A DNA stretch of 53,432 bases from an uncultured SAR86 cluster bacterium (lineage in GTDB: Bacteria > Pseudomonadota > Gammaproteobacteria > Magnimaribacterales > AG-339-G14): NCBI GenBank assembly GCA_902528485.1, contig CABZTA010000003.1, positions 1 through 53,432 on the forward strand, in the 5' to 3' direction. Both the position numbers and the translations under genes were made by a program. The notes below the pieces were generated by a model. It searched no databases and was not told the DNA's origin. It saw only the letters and a list, made by a program, of their open reading frames with translations. Below are positions 38,367 through 48,683 of the stretch, piece by piece. How positions within the stretch are numbered: position 1 is the first letter of the stretch; each line of letters begins with the position of its first letter.

Positions 38367-39712
38367 GAAATTGATTCTACAAGATCAGTTAATAAAGCTG
38401 AGTGCTCAATAGTCTCCTCTTCAGAATTACTTTCAACCATAATTCTAATCTTGTGTTCTGTTCCGGATTTTCTTATGAGTACTCTGCCATCAAAAGTTTC
38501 TAATAACTCCTCTGATTTTTTTTGAGCTTTCTGCAATTTTTTATTCTTTAAAACTTTATTTCCATCCTTAACTTTTACATTAGTTAGAATTTGAGGATAT
38601 TTTTTAAACTCTGAAAGTAATTCAGGTATTGTTTTGTTTAAAACTACAATAGATTGAAGAAACTGAATCGCAGCGATTATTCCATCTCCAGTATTTGATT
38701 TATCTAGGCAAAGAATATGTCCAGACTGCTCTCCTCCAAGAGTCCAATTAAGTTCATTTAATTTTTGTAAAACATACTTATCCCCAACATCCGATCTCAC
38801 CAACTCAATACCCTCATCGTTAAAAGCTTTCTCTAATCCTTTGTTTGTCATAAGAGTACCAACTACTCCTTTAACCCCAAGATGTATTTTTGATTCAAAT
38901 TTATTTTTTGCGATGACATATAAAATATCGTCTCCATCTAATTCTCGACCGTTTGAATCAATAATAATTAATCTATCTCCATCCCCATCGAGAGCAATGC
39001 CAAAATCTGCATTTTTGATTAAAACTTCATCTTTTAAAAAATCTATGTTGGTACTTCCGCAATCTTTATTAATGTTTAAACCATCCGGACTGTCAGCAAT
39101 CGAATAAACTTCTGCTCCTAACTCTTTAAAAACTTTGGGTGCAACTTCATACGCAGCGCCATTAGCCGAGTCAATAACGAGAGATAAACCTGAAAATGAG
39201 ATATCTTCACTTAAAGTATTTTTACAAAATTCAATGTATCTTCCTTTTGCATCACTAATCCTTGCTGCCTTACCAAGATTTTCAGGATGCACGAATTCAT
39301 AAGCTTCTTCAGCAAATCTTTCAATTTCTTTTTCATTCTCAATAGACAACTTTTCTCCATTTTCATCAAAAAATTTAATGCCGTTATCTTCAAATGAATT
39401 ATGAGAGGCACTTATTACCACTCCAGCATGTCCTTTAAAAGTAGATACCAGATATGAAATTGCAGGTGTTGGCATCGGGCCTACTAACCTCACATTTACT
39501 CCTGAAGAAATAATTCCAGCTTGAAGAGCAGATTCCAACATGTATCCAGAAATTCTAGTATCCTTTCCGATCACTAAAGTGTTGATTCCTCTTTTTTTGA
39601 AATGTCTCCCTGCTGCATGGCCAAGTTTAAGGACTGACTCTGGATTCACTTCATTATCTATTGATCCTCTTACGCCGTCGGTACCAAAAAATATTAGTTT
39701 TCTATCTCTCAT
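38363..39712 (-). CDS. glmM: phosphoglucosamine mutase
   Basis: Blocks FGTDGVRG, SASHNSFEDNGIKFF (active-site Ser) and DGDGDR. Confidence 0.96.
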   Translation of the reverse strand: MRDRKLIFFGTDGVRGSIDNEVNPESVLKLGHAAGRHFKKRGINTLVIGKDTRISGYMLESALQAGIISSGVNVRLVGPMPTPAISYLVSTFKGHAGVVISASHNSFEDNGIKFFDENGEKLSIENEKEIERFAEEAYEFVHPENLGKAARISDAKGRYIEFCKNTLSEDISFSGLSLVIDSANGAAYEVAPKVFKELGAEVYSIADSPDGLNINKDCGSTNIDFLKDEVLIKNADFGIALDGDGDRLIIIDSNGRELDGDDILYVIAKNKFESKIHLGVKGVVGTLMTNKGLEKAFNDEGIELVRSDVGDKYVLQKLNELNWTLGGEQSGHILCLDKSNTGDGIIAAIQFLQSIVVLNKTIPELLSEFKKYPQILTNVKVKDGNKVLKNKKLQKAQKKSEELLETFDGRVLIRKSGTEHKIRIMVESNSEEETIEHSALLTDLVESIS

Positions 39713-40514
39713 AAATACCTAATCTTTCTAATTCCTCTCGAAGAGATCTAATTTCGTGACTTCTTATAATATCACTCCCGCCAAGAGCACAAATTATACC
39801 ACTCAGCAAGCTGGCTGATAGTTTAGTTTTTGAGGTATCCTTAAAGAAAACAGCAAAAGATTTTTTTCTTGAAGTCCCGGTGAGTATTTTTCTTTTTCCT
39901 TTTTTGAAGAAACTTATATTAGTCATCATTAATATATTTTCTAAAGGTGTTTTTCCATAACCAAACCCAGGATCAAAGAAACATTTTTCTGTACTTAAGC
40001 CCTTTGATAAATATAACTTTTCTTTGGATTTGAAGAAGTTATCTACATCTTCAAGTATGTTGGATGTTTTTTGTTTTAAATTTCCCTGATGAGTAGTACA
40101 AATGAAAAGCTCTTTTTCTTTTACTAATTTTAACTTCTTTAGCGATATATTCTTTGATACGTCATTTACAAATTTCATTCCAAACTTTGATGCTTCATGT
40201 AAAACCTTATAGTCCCTTGAGTCCACTGAGATTATGATGTCTTCATCTTTAATTTCCTCAAGTACTGGGATCAATCTATCTATTTGAATTTGTGAAGGAA
40301 TTGCAGTGAATCCTGGTCTTGTAGACTCTGCTCCAAAATCTAGAATATCAGCACCTTCACTTATAAGTTTCTCAACTTTTCTTAAAGTTTTAGATACATT
40401 TACAAGGTTGCCAGAAAGTAAGTTTCCACCATCTGAAAACGAGTCAGTAGTTAGATTTACTACCCCCATTAAACTAGGAGACTCTTTTGAGAGACTCCTA
40501 GAAACAGATGACAT
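39702..40514 (-). CDS. folP: dihydropteroate synthase
   Basis: Blocks MGVVNLTTDSFSDGG and GADILDFGAESTRPG. Downstream of ftsH. Confidence 0.93.
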   Translation of the reverse strand: MSSVSRSLSKESPSLMGVVNLTTDSFSDGGNLLSGNLVNVSKTLRKVEKLISEGADILDFGAESTRPGFTAIPSQIQIDRLIPVLEEIKDEDIIISVDSRDYKVLHEASKFGMKFVNDVSKNISLKKLKLVKEKELFICTTHQGNLKQKTSNILEDVDNFFKSKEKLYLSKGLSTEKCFFDPGFGYGKTPLENILMMTNISFFKKGKRKILTGTSRKKSFAVFFKDTSKTKLSASLLSGIICALGGSDIIRSHEIRSLREELERLGIYER

Positions 40515-40515
40515 T

Positions 40516-42420
40516 TTAAGTTTGATTTGCAGGTTCTTCTATAGAAGAACTTTTTTTTCCAGTATTTTTTGGAGCAGAATCATCATCTGACTCCCTTCTA
40601 GGCTTGGCTCCTTCCATAATGTCATCAATTTGGGCAACATCAAGGGTTTCAAGCTCAACCAAAGATTCTGACATTAAATGCAGTTTATCAATGTTATCTT
40701 TAAGAATTTTAGTTGCTCTCTTATAACAATCATCAATAATTTTCTTAATCTCTTTGTCTATCTTTTCTGCAGTTTGATCAGAGATTCCTTTTGATTGAGA
40801 ACTAGCAGATCTTCCAAGAAAAGGCTCGTCAGATTCCTCACCATATTTCAATGGTCCAATTGCAGTTGATAAACCCCATTTTGTGACCATATTTGTAGCT
40901 AAATCTGTTGCTCTTTCAATATCGTTAGATGCTCCAGTTGTAATACCCTTCTCACCATAGATAAGCTCTTCTGCTATCCTGCCACCGAATAGTCCACAAA
41001 TTCTGTCGAGGATTTCTTGTTTACTATTACTGTACTTATCCTCTTCAGGAAGAAAAACAGTTACACCTAAAGCTCTTCCACGAGGAATGATTGATACTTT
41101 GTAAACAGGATCATGCTCTTCAAGCAATCTGCCAACTATTGCGTGACCAGACTCATGGTAAGCCGTCTTGATTTTGTCGGCCTCACTCATAACCATGGAT
41201 TTTCTTTCAGCGCCCATCATTACTTTGTCTTTTGCTAACTCAAGCTCTTCCATAGTGACTTTCTTTTTCCCTGCTCTAGCAGAAAATAGTGCAGCTTCGT
41301 TAACCAAGTTAGCTAAATCTGCTCCTGAAAACCCTGGGGTGCCTCTAGCAATAAAAGAGACTTCAACATCTTTATCAATAGGTACTTTTCGAATATGTAC
41401 TTTTAGAATTTGCTCCCTTCCTTTTATGTCTGGCAAAGGAACAACTACTTGTCTATCAAATCTTCCAGGCCTCAAAAGAGCTGGATCAAGAACATCAGGC
41501 CTGTTTGTTGCAGCAATTATGATTATTCCTTCATTAGCTTCGAATCCATCCATCTCAACAAGCAATTGGTTAAGAGTTTGTTCTCTTTCATCATGTCCTC
41601 CTCCGAGACCAGCGCCACGATGTCTTCCGACGGCATCAATTTCATCTATAAAAACAATGCAAGGTGACTGTCTTTTAGCTTGCTCAAACATATCTCTAAC
41701 TCTTGAAGCACCGACTCCAACAAACATTTCAACGAAGTCAGAACCTGATATTGAAAAAAATGGGACTTTTGCTTCGCCTGCTATTGCTCTAGCAAGTAAA
41801 GTTTTACCAGTTCCAGGAGAACCGACCATTAAGATTCCTCGAGGGATTTTTCCACCTAATTTTTGAAATTTTGATGGATCTCTTAGAAAATCAACTAATT
41901 CTTGTACTTCTTCCTTAGCTTCTTCGACACCGGCAACATCTACAAATGTGGTTTTGACTTTACCGCCTTCTAGAAGTTTTGCTTTGCTTCGACCAAAGCT
42001 CATAGGACCTCCTCTACCTCCCATTCCGCCCTGCATCTGTCTCATGAAGAACATGAAAATTGCAATGATTATAAGTATTGGAAAACTTGCGACCAATAAT
42101 TGGGTCCAAATGCTTTCTTGCTGTGGCTCTTCTCCTAGTACTTGAACTCTGTGTTCAAATAAATCATCCATCAATTGATTATCTTGGACGTAAACAGGAC
42201 GTGTTGTTGTGAATTGAGAACCATCTTGCAGTGTACCTTCTAGTGTGTATCCATCTCCTTTGAATTCCACAGATGAAACTTGATCTGTATTAACTAAAGA
42301 TACAAATTCAGAGTAATTCATTGAGGCAGAAACTGCAGGCCCTGATAGACTTTGAATAACAAAAAAGGCTGTGGCAGCAATTGCTAACCAAAGGAAGATA
42401 TTTCTTAAAAAATCTGACAT
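40516..42420 (-). CDS. ftsH: ATP-dependent zinc metalloprotease FtsH
   Basis: Two N-terminal TM helices, AAA+ Walker [14 protein letters not shown], the SRH region and the zinc motif HESGHA. Confidence 0.98.
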   Translation of the reverse strand: MSDFLRNIFLWLAIAATAFFVIQSLSGPAVSASMNYSEFVSLVNTDQVSSVEFKGDGYTLEGTLQDGSQFTTTRPVYVQDNQLMDDLFEHRVQVLGEEPQQESIWTQLLVASFPILIIIAIFMFFMRQMQGGMGGRGGPMSFGRSKAKLLEGGKVKTTFVDVAGVEEAKEEVQELVDFLRDPSKFQKLGGKIPRGILMVGSPGTGKTLLARAIAGEAKVPFFSISGSDFVEMFVGVGASRVRDMFEQAKRQSPCIVFIDEIDAVGRHRGAGLGGGHDEREQTLNQLLVEMDGFEANEGIIIIAATNRPDVLDPALLRPGRFDRQVVVPLPDIKGREQILKVHIRKVPIDKDVEVSFIARGTPGFSGADLANLVNEAALFSARAGKKKVTMEELELAKDKVMMGAERKSMVMSEADKIKTAYHESGHAIVGRLLEEHDPVYKVSIIPRGRALGVTVFLPEEDKYSNSKQEILDRICGLFGGRIAEELIYGEKGITTGASNDIERATDLATNMVTKWGLSTAIGPLKYGEESDEPFLGRSASSQSKGISDQTAEKIDKEIKKIIDDCYKRATKILKDNIDKLHLMSESLVELETLDVAQIDDIMEGAKPRRESDDDSAPKNTGKKSSSIEEPANQT

Positions 42421-42423
42421 AAC

Positions 42424-42996
42424 TTATTTCAATTTATTTTGTGCAATAACATAAATTTCTTTAGATATTTTTCTTGAAGCATCTGGCTTATAGAAAGTTA
42501 CATTACTGTAATGGTTTAATAATGAATTTCTGAGCTCATTTTTTGAACTTTCAAAACATTTTGCTATTAAAGAGCCTCCTTTCAAAAGAAAAGAGTTACA
42601 GAAACCAACGACGTTGTTAAGTAATTCAAGCATGTTTTCTTTATCTGTAATAGCTATACCACTTATATTGGGCGCAATATCAGAAATTACAACATTAAAA
42701 TTAAGATTAATATATTTCTTTATATCTTTATCCCTAAAATCAAACTCCATGAATTCAACCCCATTAATGGGTTTCATAGGAATGATATCTAAAGCAAATA
42801 CCTCTCCTGAATCGCCTACCAATTCTTTAGCTACTTGACTCCAGCCTCCAGGGGAACTTCCTAAATCCATTACGCAAAAACCTTTTTTTAGAAGTTTAAA
42901 TTTCTTATTTATTTGATGAAGTTTGAAGGCTGCTCTAGATCTATATCCTCTATCTTTAGCAAGCTTATTAAAATGCTCGCCTCCTGAATATGACAT
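42424..42996 (-). CDS. rlmE: 23S rRNA (uridine2552-2'-O)-methyltransferase
   Basis: Blocks GYRSRAAFKL and MDLGSSPGGWSQ. Upstream of ftsH. Confidence 0.93.
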   Translation of the reverse strand: MSYSGGEHFNKLAKDRGYRSRAAFKLHQINKKFKLLKKGFCVMDLGSSPGGWSQVAKELVGDSGEVFALDIIPMKPINGVEFMEFDFRDKDIKKYINLNFNVVISDIAPNISGIAITDKENMLELLNNVVGFCNSFLLKGGSLIAKCFESSKNELRNSLLNHYSNVTFYKPDASRKISKEIYVIAQNKLK

Positions 42997-43473
42997 TTAG
43001 ATGTGGGAAACCTTAAGGATCTCATACTCTTTAGTACCTGAAGGACTTTCAAATTTTGTAGTTTCTCCTTCTTCTTTACCAATCAGAGATCTCGCGAGAG
43101 GAGATGAGTATGATATTTTTCCGATTTTCACGTTTGCCTCATCCTCACCAACAATTTGATAACTAATCTTTTCATCATTTTGCATATCTAAAAGTGAAAT
43201 CGTCGATCCGAAAATGACCCTACCTGTGCATTCAATTTTTGTAATATCGATAATTTGTGATGCACTCAATTTTCCTTCAATTTCTCTGATCCTTGCTTCT
43301 GAAAGACCTTGCTGTTCCTTTGCAGCGTGATATTCGGCATTTTCTTTGAGGTCGCCAAATTCTCTTGCTTCAGCAATTTTTTTGGTAATGTTTGGCCTGA
43401 CATCCGTAATAAGATGTTGCAGTTCCGTTCGAAGGCTTTCTTCTCCCTCGACTGTCATTGGCTCCCTGTTCAA
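42997..43473 (-). CDS. greA: transcription elongation factor GreA
   Basis: 158 aa with blocks [19 protein letters not shown] and [14 protein letters not shown]. Confidence 0.96.
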   Translation of the reverse strand: MNREPMTVEGEESLRTELQHLITDVRPNITKKIAEAREFGDLKENAEYHAAKEQQGLSEARIREIEGKLSASQIIDITKIECTGRVIFGSTISLLDMQNDEKISYQIVGEDEANVKIGKISYSSPLARSLIGKEEGETTKFESPSGTKEYEILKVSHI

Positions 43474-43475
43474 TT

Positions 43476-46400
43476 TTATTCAATATTTTTATGAATATCT
43501 TGTATGTTTTGGACAGACCAATCAAGTCTCTTTTCTAGAACTTCGCATATAGCTAACCCGCCTTGCAAAGTTGTCGTGCAAGGAATCTTATTATCTAGAG
43601 CTGTTCTCCTTATAGAGGAAGAATCTTGGATTGATTCTTTACCTTCTGTCGTATTAATCAAAAGAGATATTTCATTGTTTTTTATTAAATCAACAACATG
43701 TGGCCTACCCTCAGCAACTTTATTTATTATCCTTACCTCAATCCCCATGCTTTGAATGATTCTTGCAGTTCCTTTAGTAGCAACAATAGATATATTCAAT
43801 TGATCCAGTCTTGTTGCAAGCTCTTTTAGATGAGGTTTATCATTCTCTCTTACGCTCAGGAATACCGATCCTCCATCTGGAATAATTGTTCCAGCTGAAA
43901 TTTGAGATTTATCATATGCCTCAGCAAACGATGTGCCTATACCCATAACTTCCCCAGTAGACTTCATTTCTGGACCCAAGATGGGATCAACCTTTTGAAA
44001 TCTATCAAAAGGAAGTACAGCTTCTTTAACCGAGAAATGCTTTAAATTTGAAGGATTTTTAATTTTTTGTTGCTTTATCGATTTTCCAATCATTGTTTTA
44101 GAAGCTATTTTTGCTAGAGGAAGTCCAATAGCCTTTGAAACAAAAGGTATTGTCCTTGAAGCTCTCGGGTTAACTTCTAAAAGAAATAATTCCTCATTTA
44201 CATATGCCATTTGAACGTTCATTAAGCCAATAATATCCATTTCCTCAGCAATGATTTTTACTTGTTCCTTAATCATCTTAATCACTTTGTTGGGAAGGCT
44301 GTAAGGAGGAAGAGAACAAGCTGAATCACCTGAATGGATTCCTGCTTGCTCAATATGTTGCATAACTCCATAAATTTCTACTTGGCTTCCATCAGATATC
44401 GCTTCAATATCCAACTCAGTCGCAATATCAAGAAATCTATCCAAAAGAACAGGATTCGAATCAGAAGCTTGGATGGCTTCGTCAAGATATTTTTCTAAAT
44501 CATTATCGTTGTGGACAATCTCCATGGCTCTTCCACCAAGGACGTAAGAGGGCCTTACAACTAAGGGGTAACCAATTTGATCTGCAATAGTTTTAGCCTG
44601 AGACTTATTTGAGGCCATCCCATTTGGAGGCTGCTTTAATTTATTTTTATTTACAAATTTTTGAAACCTTTCTCTATCTTCAGCAAGGTCTATTTTATCT
44701 GGTGAAGTTCCAAGAATTGGAACATTATTTTTTTCAAGCTCTTGTGCTAGCTTTAATGGAGTTTGCCCACCAAATTGAATAATTACGCCAAAAGGATTTT
44801 CTAGTTCAATTATAGCAAGAACGTCTTCAAGAGTTATTGGTTCAAAATATAATCTATCAGAAGTATCGTAGTCGGTTGAAACAGTTTCAGGATTACAATT
44901 AACCATTATTGTTTCATAACCTTCTTCTTTCATTGCCATTGATGCATGAACGCAGCAGTAATCAAATTCTATGCCCTGACCTATTCTATTTGGTCCTCCA
45001 CCCAGGACGACTACTTTTTTATTTTTAGTAGGATTTGATTCACATTCGTCTTGATATGTTGAGTACATGTAAGCAGTGGTAGTTTCAAACTCTCCAGCAC
45101 ACGTATCAACTCTCTTAAAGACTGGTTTGATGTTTAACTTTTGTCTTAAGGATCTAATTTCTTCTTCCGACTGACCTGAAAGAGTTGCTAAGCGATGATC
45201 AGAGAAGCCCATTTTTTTTAGATTTAAAAAGAAACTTCTAGAAAACAAAGATTTGTTATTTATTTTTTTCTCAACGGAAATAATCTCTTCAATGGTTTTA
45301 AGAAACCATTTATCAATTTTAGTTAAATCATGAACTTCATCCAAAGAACTGCCTTGTCTGAAAGCTTCGCCAATAAACCAAAGTCTCTCAGGAGAGGGAG
45401 ATATTAGTTTTGATCTTAAAGTAGTCTTTGTTAGTTCTTCCTCTATGTTGTCAAAACCAGTCTTTCCGTTCTCCATTCCTCTAATAGCTTTTTGTAAAGA
45501 CTCTGCAAAATTACTTCCTATTGCCATTACCTCGCCTACAGATTTCATTTGAGAGGTTAGAGTGGAATCAGCTTGAGGAAATTTTTCAAAATTAAATCTA
45601 GGTATTTTAGTGACAACATAATCGATAGTCGGTTCAAAAGAGGCAGGAATTTTTCCTCCACTAATATCATTAGTTAATTCATCTAAGGTAAATCCAACTG
45701 CTAATTTTGCAGCTATTTTAGCTATGGGGAATCCTGTTGCTTTGGAAGCTAGAGCAGAAGACCTGGAAACTCTTGGATTCATTTCAATGACAACCATTTC
45801 GCCATCTTCCGGATTTATAGCAAACTGAACGTTTGAGCCGCCAGTTTCCACTCCTACCTCTCTGAGAATGGCAAAAGAGGCATTTCTCATTTCTTGATAT
45901 TCCTTATCTGTTAATGTTTGAGCAGGTGCAATGGTTATAGAGTCGCCGGTGTGTACTCCCATAGGATCAAAGTTTTCTATGCTGCATATAATTATGCAGT
46001 TATCTACTTTATCCCTTACAACCTCCATTTCGTACTCTTTCCAACCTGAAAGGTACTGGTCTATATATAACTCAGATGTTGGCGATAGATCCAAACCTCT
46101 TAGACAAATTGATTCGAATTCTTCAGAGTTATAAGCTATCCCGCCGCCCATGCCTCCAAGTGTGAAATTTGGTCGCAGAATACAAGGGAAACCAATTTCT
46201 TGTTGAATTTTCAAGGCTTCCCCTAAATTATGCGCTAATCCAGCTTTTGGAGTTTTTAAACCTATTTTTTTAATCACTTTTGCAAATAGCTCCCTATCTT
46301 CTGCCTTGTCGATAGCTTCTTTTGTGGCTCCTATTAACTCGACGTTATGTTTTTTTAAAATACCTTTTTGATCAAGATCTAAAGCAGTATTAAGGGCAGT

Positions 46401-46679
46401 TTGTCCTCCCATTGTCGGGAGAAGAGCTGATGGTTTTTCTTTTTCAATTATCTTTTCTAGAGTCTTCCAATTAATAGGCTCAATGTAAGTTGAATCAGCA
46501 GTCTCAGGATCGGTCATTATTGTTGCAGGATTAGAATTCACCAAAATCACTCTATATCCCTCTTCTCGAAGAGCTTTGCATGCTTGCACGCCAGAATAAT
46601 CAAATTCACATGCCTGACCAATCACAATTGGACCAGCTCCAATAAGCAAAATAGAATCTAAATCATTTCTTTTTGGCAT
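43476..46679 (-). CDS. carB: carbamoyl-phosphate synthase large subunit
   Basis: 1067 aa with duplicated ATP-grasp halves. N-terminus [21 protein letters not shown]. 17-nt overlap with carA. Confidence 0.98.
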   Translation of the reverse strand: MPKRNDLDSILLIGAGPIVIGQACEFDYSGVQACKALREEGYRVILVNSNPATIMTDPETADSTYIEPINWKTLEKIIEKEKPSALLPTMGGQTALNTALDLDQKGILKKHNVELIGATKEAIDKAEDRELFAKVIKKIGLKTPKAGLAHNLGEALKIQQEIGFPCILRPNFTLGGMGGGIAYNSEEFESICLRGLDLSPTSELYIDQYLSGWKEYEMEVVRDKVDNCIIICSIENFDPMGVHTGDSITIAPAQTLTDKEYQEMRNASFAILREVGVETGGSNVQFAINPEDGEMVVIEMNPRVSRSSALASKATGFPIAKIAAKLAVGFTLDELTNDISGGKIPASFEPTIDYVVTKIPRFNFEKFPQADSTLTSQMKSVGEVMAIGSNFAESLQKAIRGMENGKTGFDNIEEELTKTTLRSKLISPSPERLWFIGEAFRQGSSLDEVHDLTKIDKWFLKTIEEIISVEKKINNKSLFSRSFFLNLKKMGFSDHRLATLSGQSEEEIRSLRQKLNIKPVFKRVDTCAGEFETTTAYMYSTYQDECESNPTKNKKVVVLGGGPNRIGQGIEFDYCCVHASMAMKEEGYETIMVNCNPETVSTDYDTSDRLYFEPITLEDVLAIIELENPFGVIIQFGGQTPLKLAQELEKNNVPILGTSPDKIDLAEDRERFQKFVNKNKLKQPPNGMASNKSQAKTIADQIGYPLVVRPSYVLGGRAMEIVHNDNDLEKYLDEAIQASDSNPVLLDRFLDIATELDIEAISDGSQVEIYGVMQHIEQAGIHSGDSACSLPPYSLPNKVIKMIKEQVKIIAEEMDIIGLMNVQMAYVNEELFLLEVNPRASRTIPFVSKAIGLPLAKIASKTMIGKSIKQQKIKNPSNLKHFSVKEAVLPFDRFQKVDPILGPEMKSTGEVMGIGTSFAEAYDKSQISAGTIIPDGGSVFLSVRENDKPHLKELATRLDQLNISIVATKGTARIIQSMGIEVRIINKVAEGRPHVVDLIKNNEISLLINTTEGKESIQDSSSIRRTALDNKIPCTTTLQGGLAICEVLEKRLDWSVQNIQDIHKNIE

Positions 46680-47784
46680 TGCCTTTGATCACTGTTAAAA
46701 ATTTATCAAATAATTCTTGTATTTCTTGCGGGCCAGGACTGGCTTCGGGGTGTCCTTGAAAACTAAAACATCTTTTATCAGATGTTTCTATTCCTTGGAT
46801 GGTTTCGTCAAATAGAGATAAGTGGGTAATTTTCACATCCTCTGGAATTGATTTCGAATCAATTGTAAATCCATGATTTTGACTCGTTATAAAAACTCTA
46901 TTTGTATCTAGATCTTTAACTGGATGGTTAGCGCCATGATGTCCAAACTTCATCTTGACGGTTTTCATTCCCAAAGCTAGCCCTAAAAGTTGATGGCCTA
47001 AACAAATTCCGAATATTGGTATTCTTTGAATCCTTAGTTCCTTAATACATTTAATCGCATACTTGCAAGGCTCAGGATCGCCCGGTCCGTTTGAGAGGAA
47101 TACTCCATCAGGCTTCATCGCCATTATCTCTTCAGCAGTTGTTTTGGCTGGAACTACTATCACTTGGAATCCTCTGTCTTTAAGCATTCGCAAAATGTTG
47201 TGCTTTACTCCAAAATCGATCGCAACTATTTTCAAACTATTATCTTTAAATTCCTTTCTCCAAGAGGGTTCTTTCCATTCATATGCTTTTTTTGTGGAAA
47301 CACCTGAAGCGAGATCCTTTCCAGCCAAAGGCACAAACTCTTCAATTAATTTAAGCGCTTTCTTTTTGTGATCTTTACCGGAAACTATGGCGCCTATTTT
47401 TGCGCCTTCATTTCTGATTATTCGAGTGACTTTTCTAGTATCAATCCCATAAATACCTGAAATATTTTTTGTCTTGAGGAAGTTTGATAAATCATTCTGC
47501 TTTCTCCAGTTGCTTGTAATTGTTGAAGGATCTCTAATGATGACCCCATTACATCCGTTTGCATTAGACTCTAAATCATCATCATTAGTTCCTACGTTAC
47601 CTATATGAGGATAGGTAAAATTAATAATTTGGTCGGTATAAGATAGATCAGAAATAATTTCCTGATAGCCACTCATGGAAGTATTAAAAACGACTTCTCC
47701 GGAAGTATCAGCATTTTTTCCAACGGAAAAACCTTCAAAAAATCTTTCAGAATCCAGATATAAATATGCTTTTTTTTCTGTCAT
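46663..47784 (-). CDS. carA: carbamoyl-phosphate synthase small (glutaminase) subunit
   Basis: 373 aa with the GATase active-site block GICLGHQLL and HGANHPV. Confidence 0.97.
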   Translation of the reverse strand: MTEKKAYLYLDSERFFEGFSVGKNADTSGEVVFNTSMSGYQEIISDLSYTDQIINFTYPHIGNVGTNDDDLESNANGCNGVIIRDPSTITSNWRKQNDLSNFLKTKNISGIYGIDTRKVTRIIRNEGAKIGAIVSGKDHKKKALKLIEEFVPLAGKDLASGVSTKKAYEWKEPSWRKEFKDNSLKIVAIDFGVKHNILRMLKDRGFQVIVVPAKTTAEEIMAMKPDGVFLSNGPGDPEPCKYAIKCIKELRIQRIPIFGICLGHQLLGLALGMKTVKMKFGHHGANHPVKDLDTNRVFITSQNHGFTIDSKSIPEDVKITHLSLFDETIQGIETSDKRCFSFQGHPEASPGPQEIQELFDKFLTVIKGNAKKK

Positions 47785-47790
47785 TTAGGC

Positions 47791-47854
47791 AAAAAAAAAC
47801 GCGGAACTAAAAAGTTAGTCTCGCGTTTTAAATAATTTCTAATGCTATTGGCAT
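47791..47854 (-). promoter_or_regulatory. carA leader: 8-codon mini-ORF (MPIALEII) ending at the foot of an intrinsic-terminator-like hairpin followed by U9 (putative attenuator, or alternatively a small RNA)
   Basis: The minus-sense sequence reads ATGCCAATAGCATTAGAAATTATTTAAAACGCGAGACTAACTTTTTAGTTCCGCGTTTTTTTTTGCCTAAATG(carA). The stem is AAAACGCG.GACTAA / TTAGTT.CGCGTTTT with one A-C mismatch and one G-U pair. The U9 run ends 6 nt before the carA ATG. Confidence 0.5.
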
Positions 47855-47891
47855 TAGGAGGACACTATAATGAAGAGTAGCTGATAAGTCT

Positions 47892-48683
47892 ATGACTAAT
47901 GATGTAAAATCTCCAAAAATGATTAAGAGTTCTGACGAAATAGCCAAAATGAAAGTTGCAGGAAAGCTTGCGGCTCAAACTTTGGAAATGATTGAGCAAC
48001 ACGTTCAGCCAGGCATTTCTACAGGAGAGTTGGATAGAATCTGTCACGATTACATTGTCAATCAAATTGACTGCATTCCTGCTCCTCTAAATTACAATGG
48101 TTTTCCAAAATCTATTTGCACTTCAATAAATCAAGTGGTTTGTCATGGGATACCTGATGATAATAGAGTCCTAAAAAACGGAGATATTATGAATATTGAT
48201 GTAACTGTCATTAAAGATGGTTATCACGGAGATACAAGTAAGATGTTTTTTGTTGGAAAAAAACAACCTCATGCAGAAAGGCTTGTAAGTATTACTCAAG
48301 AATGTCTCTACAAAGCCATAGAAATATGCAAACCAGGAACAAACCTAGGTGACATAGGATATGTGATTCAAAAACATGCAGAAGATAATCACTACTCAGT
48401 TGTCAGAGATTATTGCGGTCATGGTATTGGCAAAGTTTTCCATGAAGATCCCCAAATTCTTCACTATGGAAATCCAAGAACTGGAATGGAATTGAAAGCA
48501 GGTATGTGTTTTACCATTGAACCTATGATTAATCTTGGGACTCATAAAACCAAATTATCTAAAAATGATGGCTGGACAGTAGAAACTATTGATGGAAGAT
48601 TGTCAGCCCAATGGGAGCATACGTTGACAATAACCGATGATGGCTGCGAAGTTCTTACTGCTAGATCTGAAGAATCTCTATGA
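47892..48683 (+). CDS. map: type I methionine aminopeptidase
   Basis: Aligns with E. coli Map from memory (VCHGIPD, DIMNIDVTVIKDGYHGDTSKMF, YCGHGIG, EPM, EHT). The Met at 47919 is an alternative start. Confidence 0.96.
   Translation: MTNDVKSPKMIKSSDEIAKMKVAGKLAAQTLEMIEQHVQPGISTGELDRICHDYIVNQIDCIPAPLNYNGFPKSICTSINQVVCHGIPDDNRVLKNGDIMNIDVTVIKDGYHGDTSKMFFVGKKQPHAERLVSITQECLYKAIEICKPGTNLGDIGYVIQKHAEDNHYSVVRDYCGHGIGKVFHEDPQILHYGNPRTGMELKAGMCFTIEPMINLGTHKTKLSKNDGWTVETIDGRLSAQWEHTLTITDDGCEVLTARSEESL

Noticed and set aside
41168-41866. 232-aa plus-strand ORF (and the nested 41410-41667 ORF) inside ftsH
   Set aside because: It lies antisense to a strongly conserved AAA+ protease gene. Its translation is low-complexity (Ser/Pro/Ala-rich), and it has no start context or recognisable motif. 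This is a typical shadow ORF of a relatively GC-richer conserved gene.
47865-48065. 66-aa minus-strand ORF upstream of carA, considered as a long carA leader peptide
   Set aside because: Most of it lies antisense to the conserved map N-terminus, and it ends about 35 nt before the terminator hairpin. The 8-codon mini-ORF fits attenuator geometry better.
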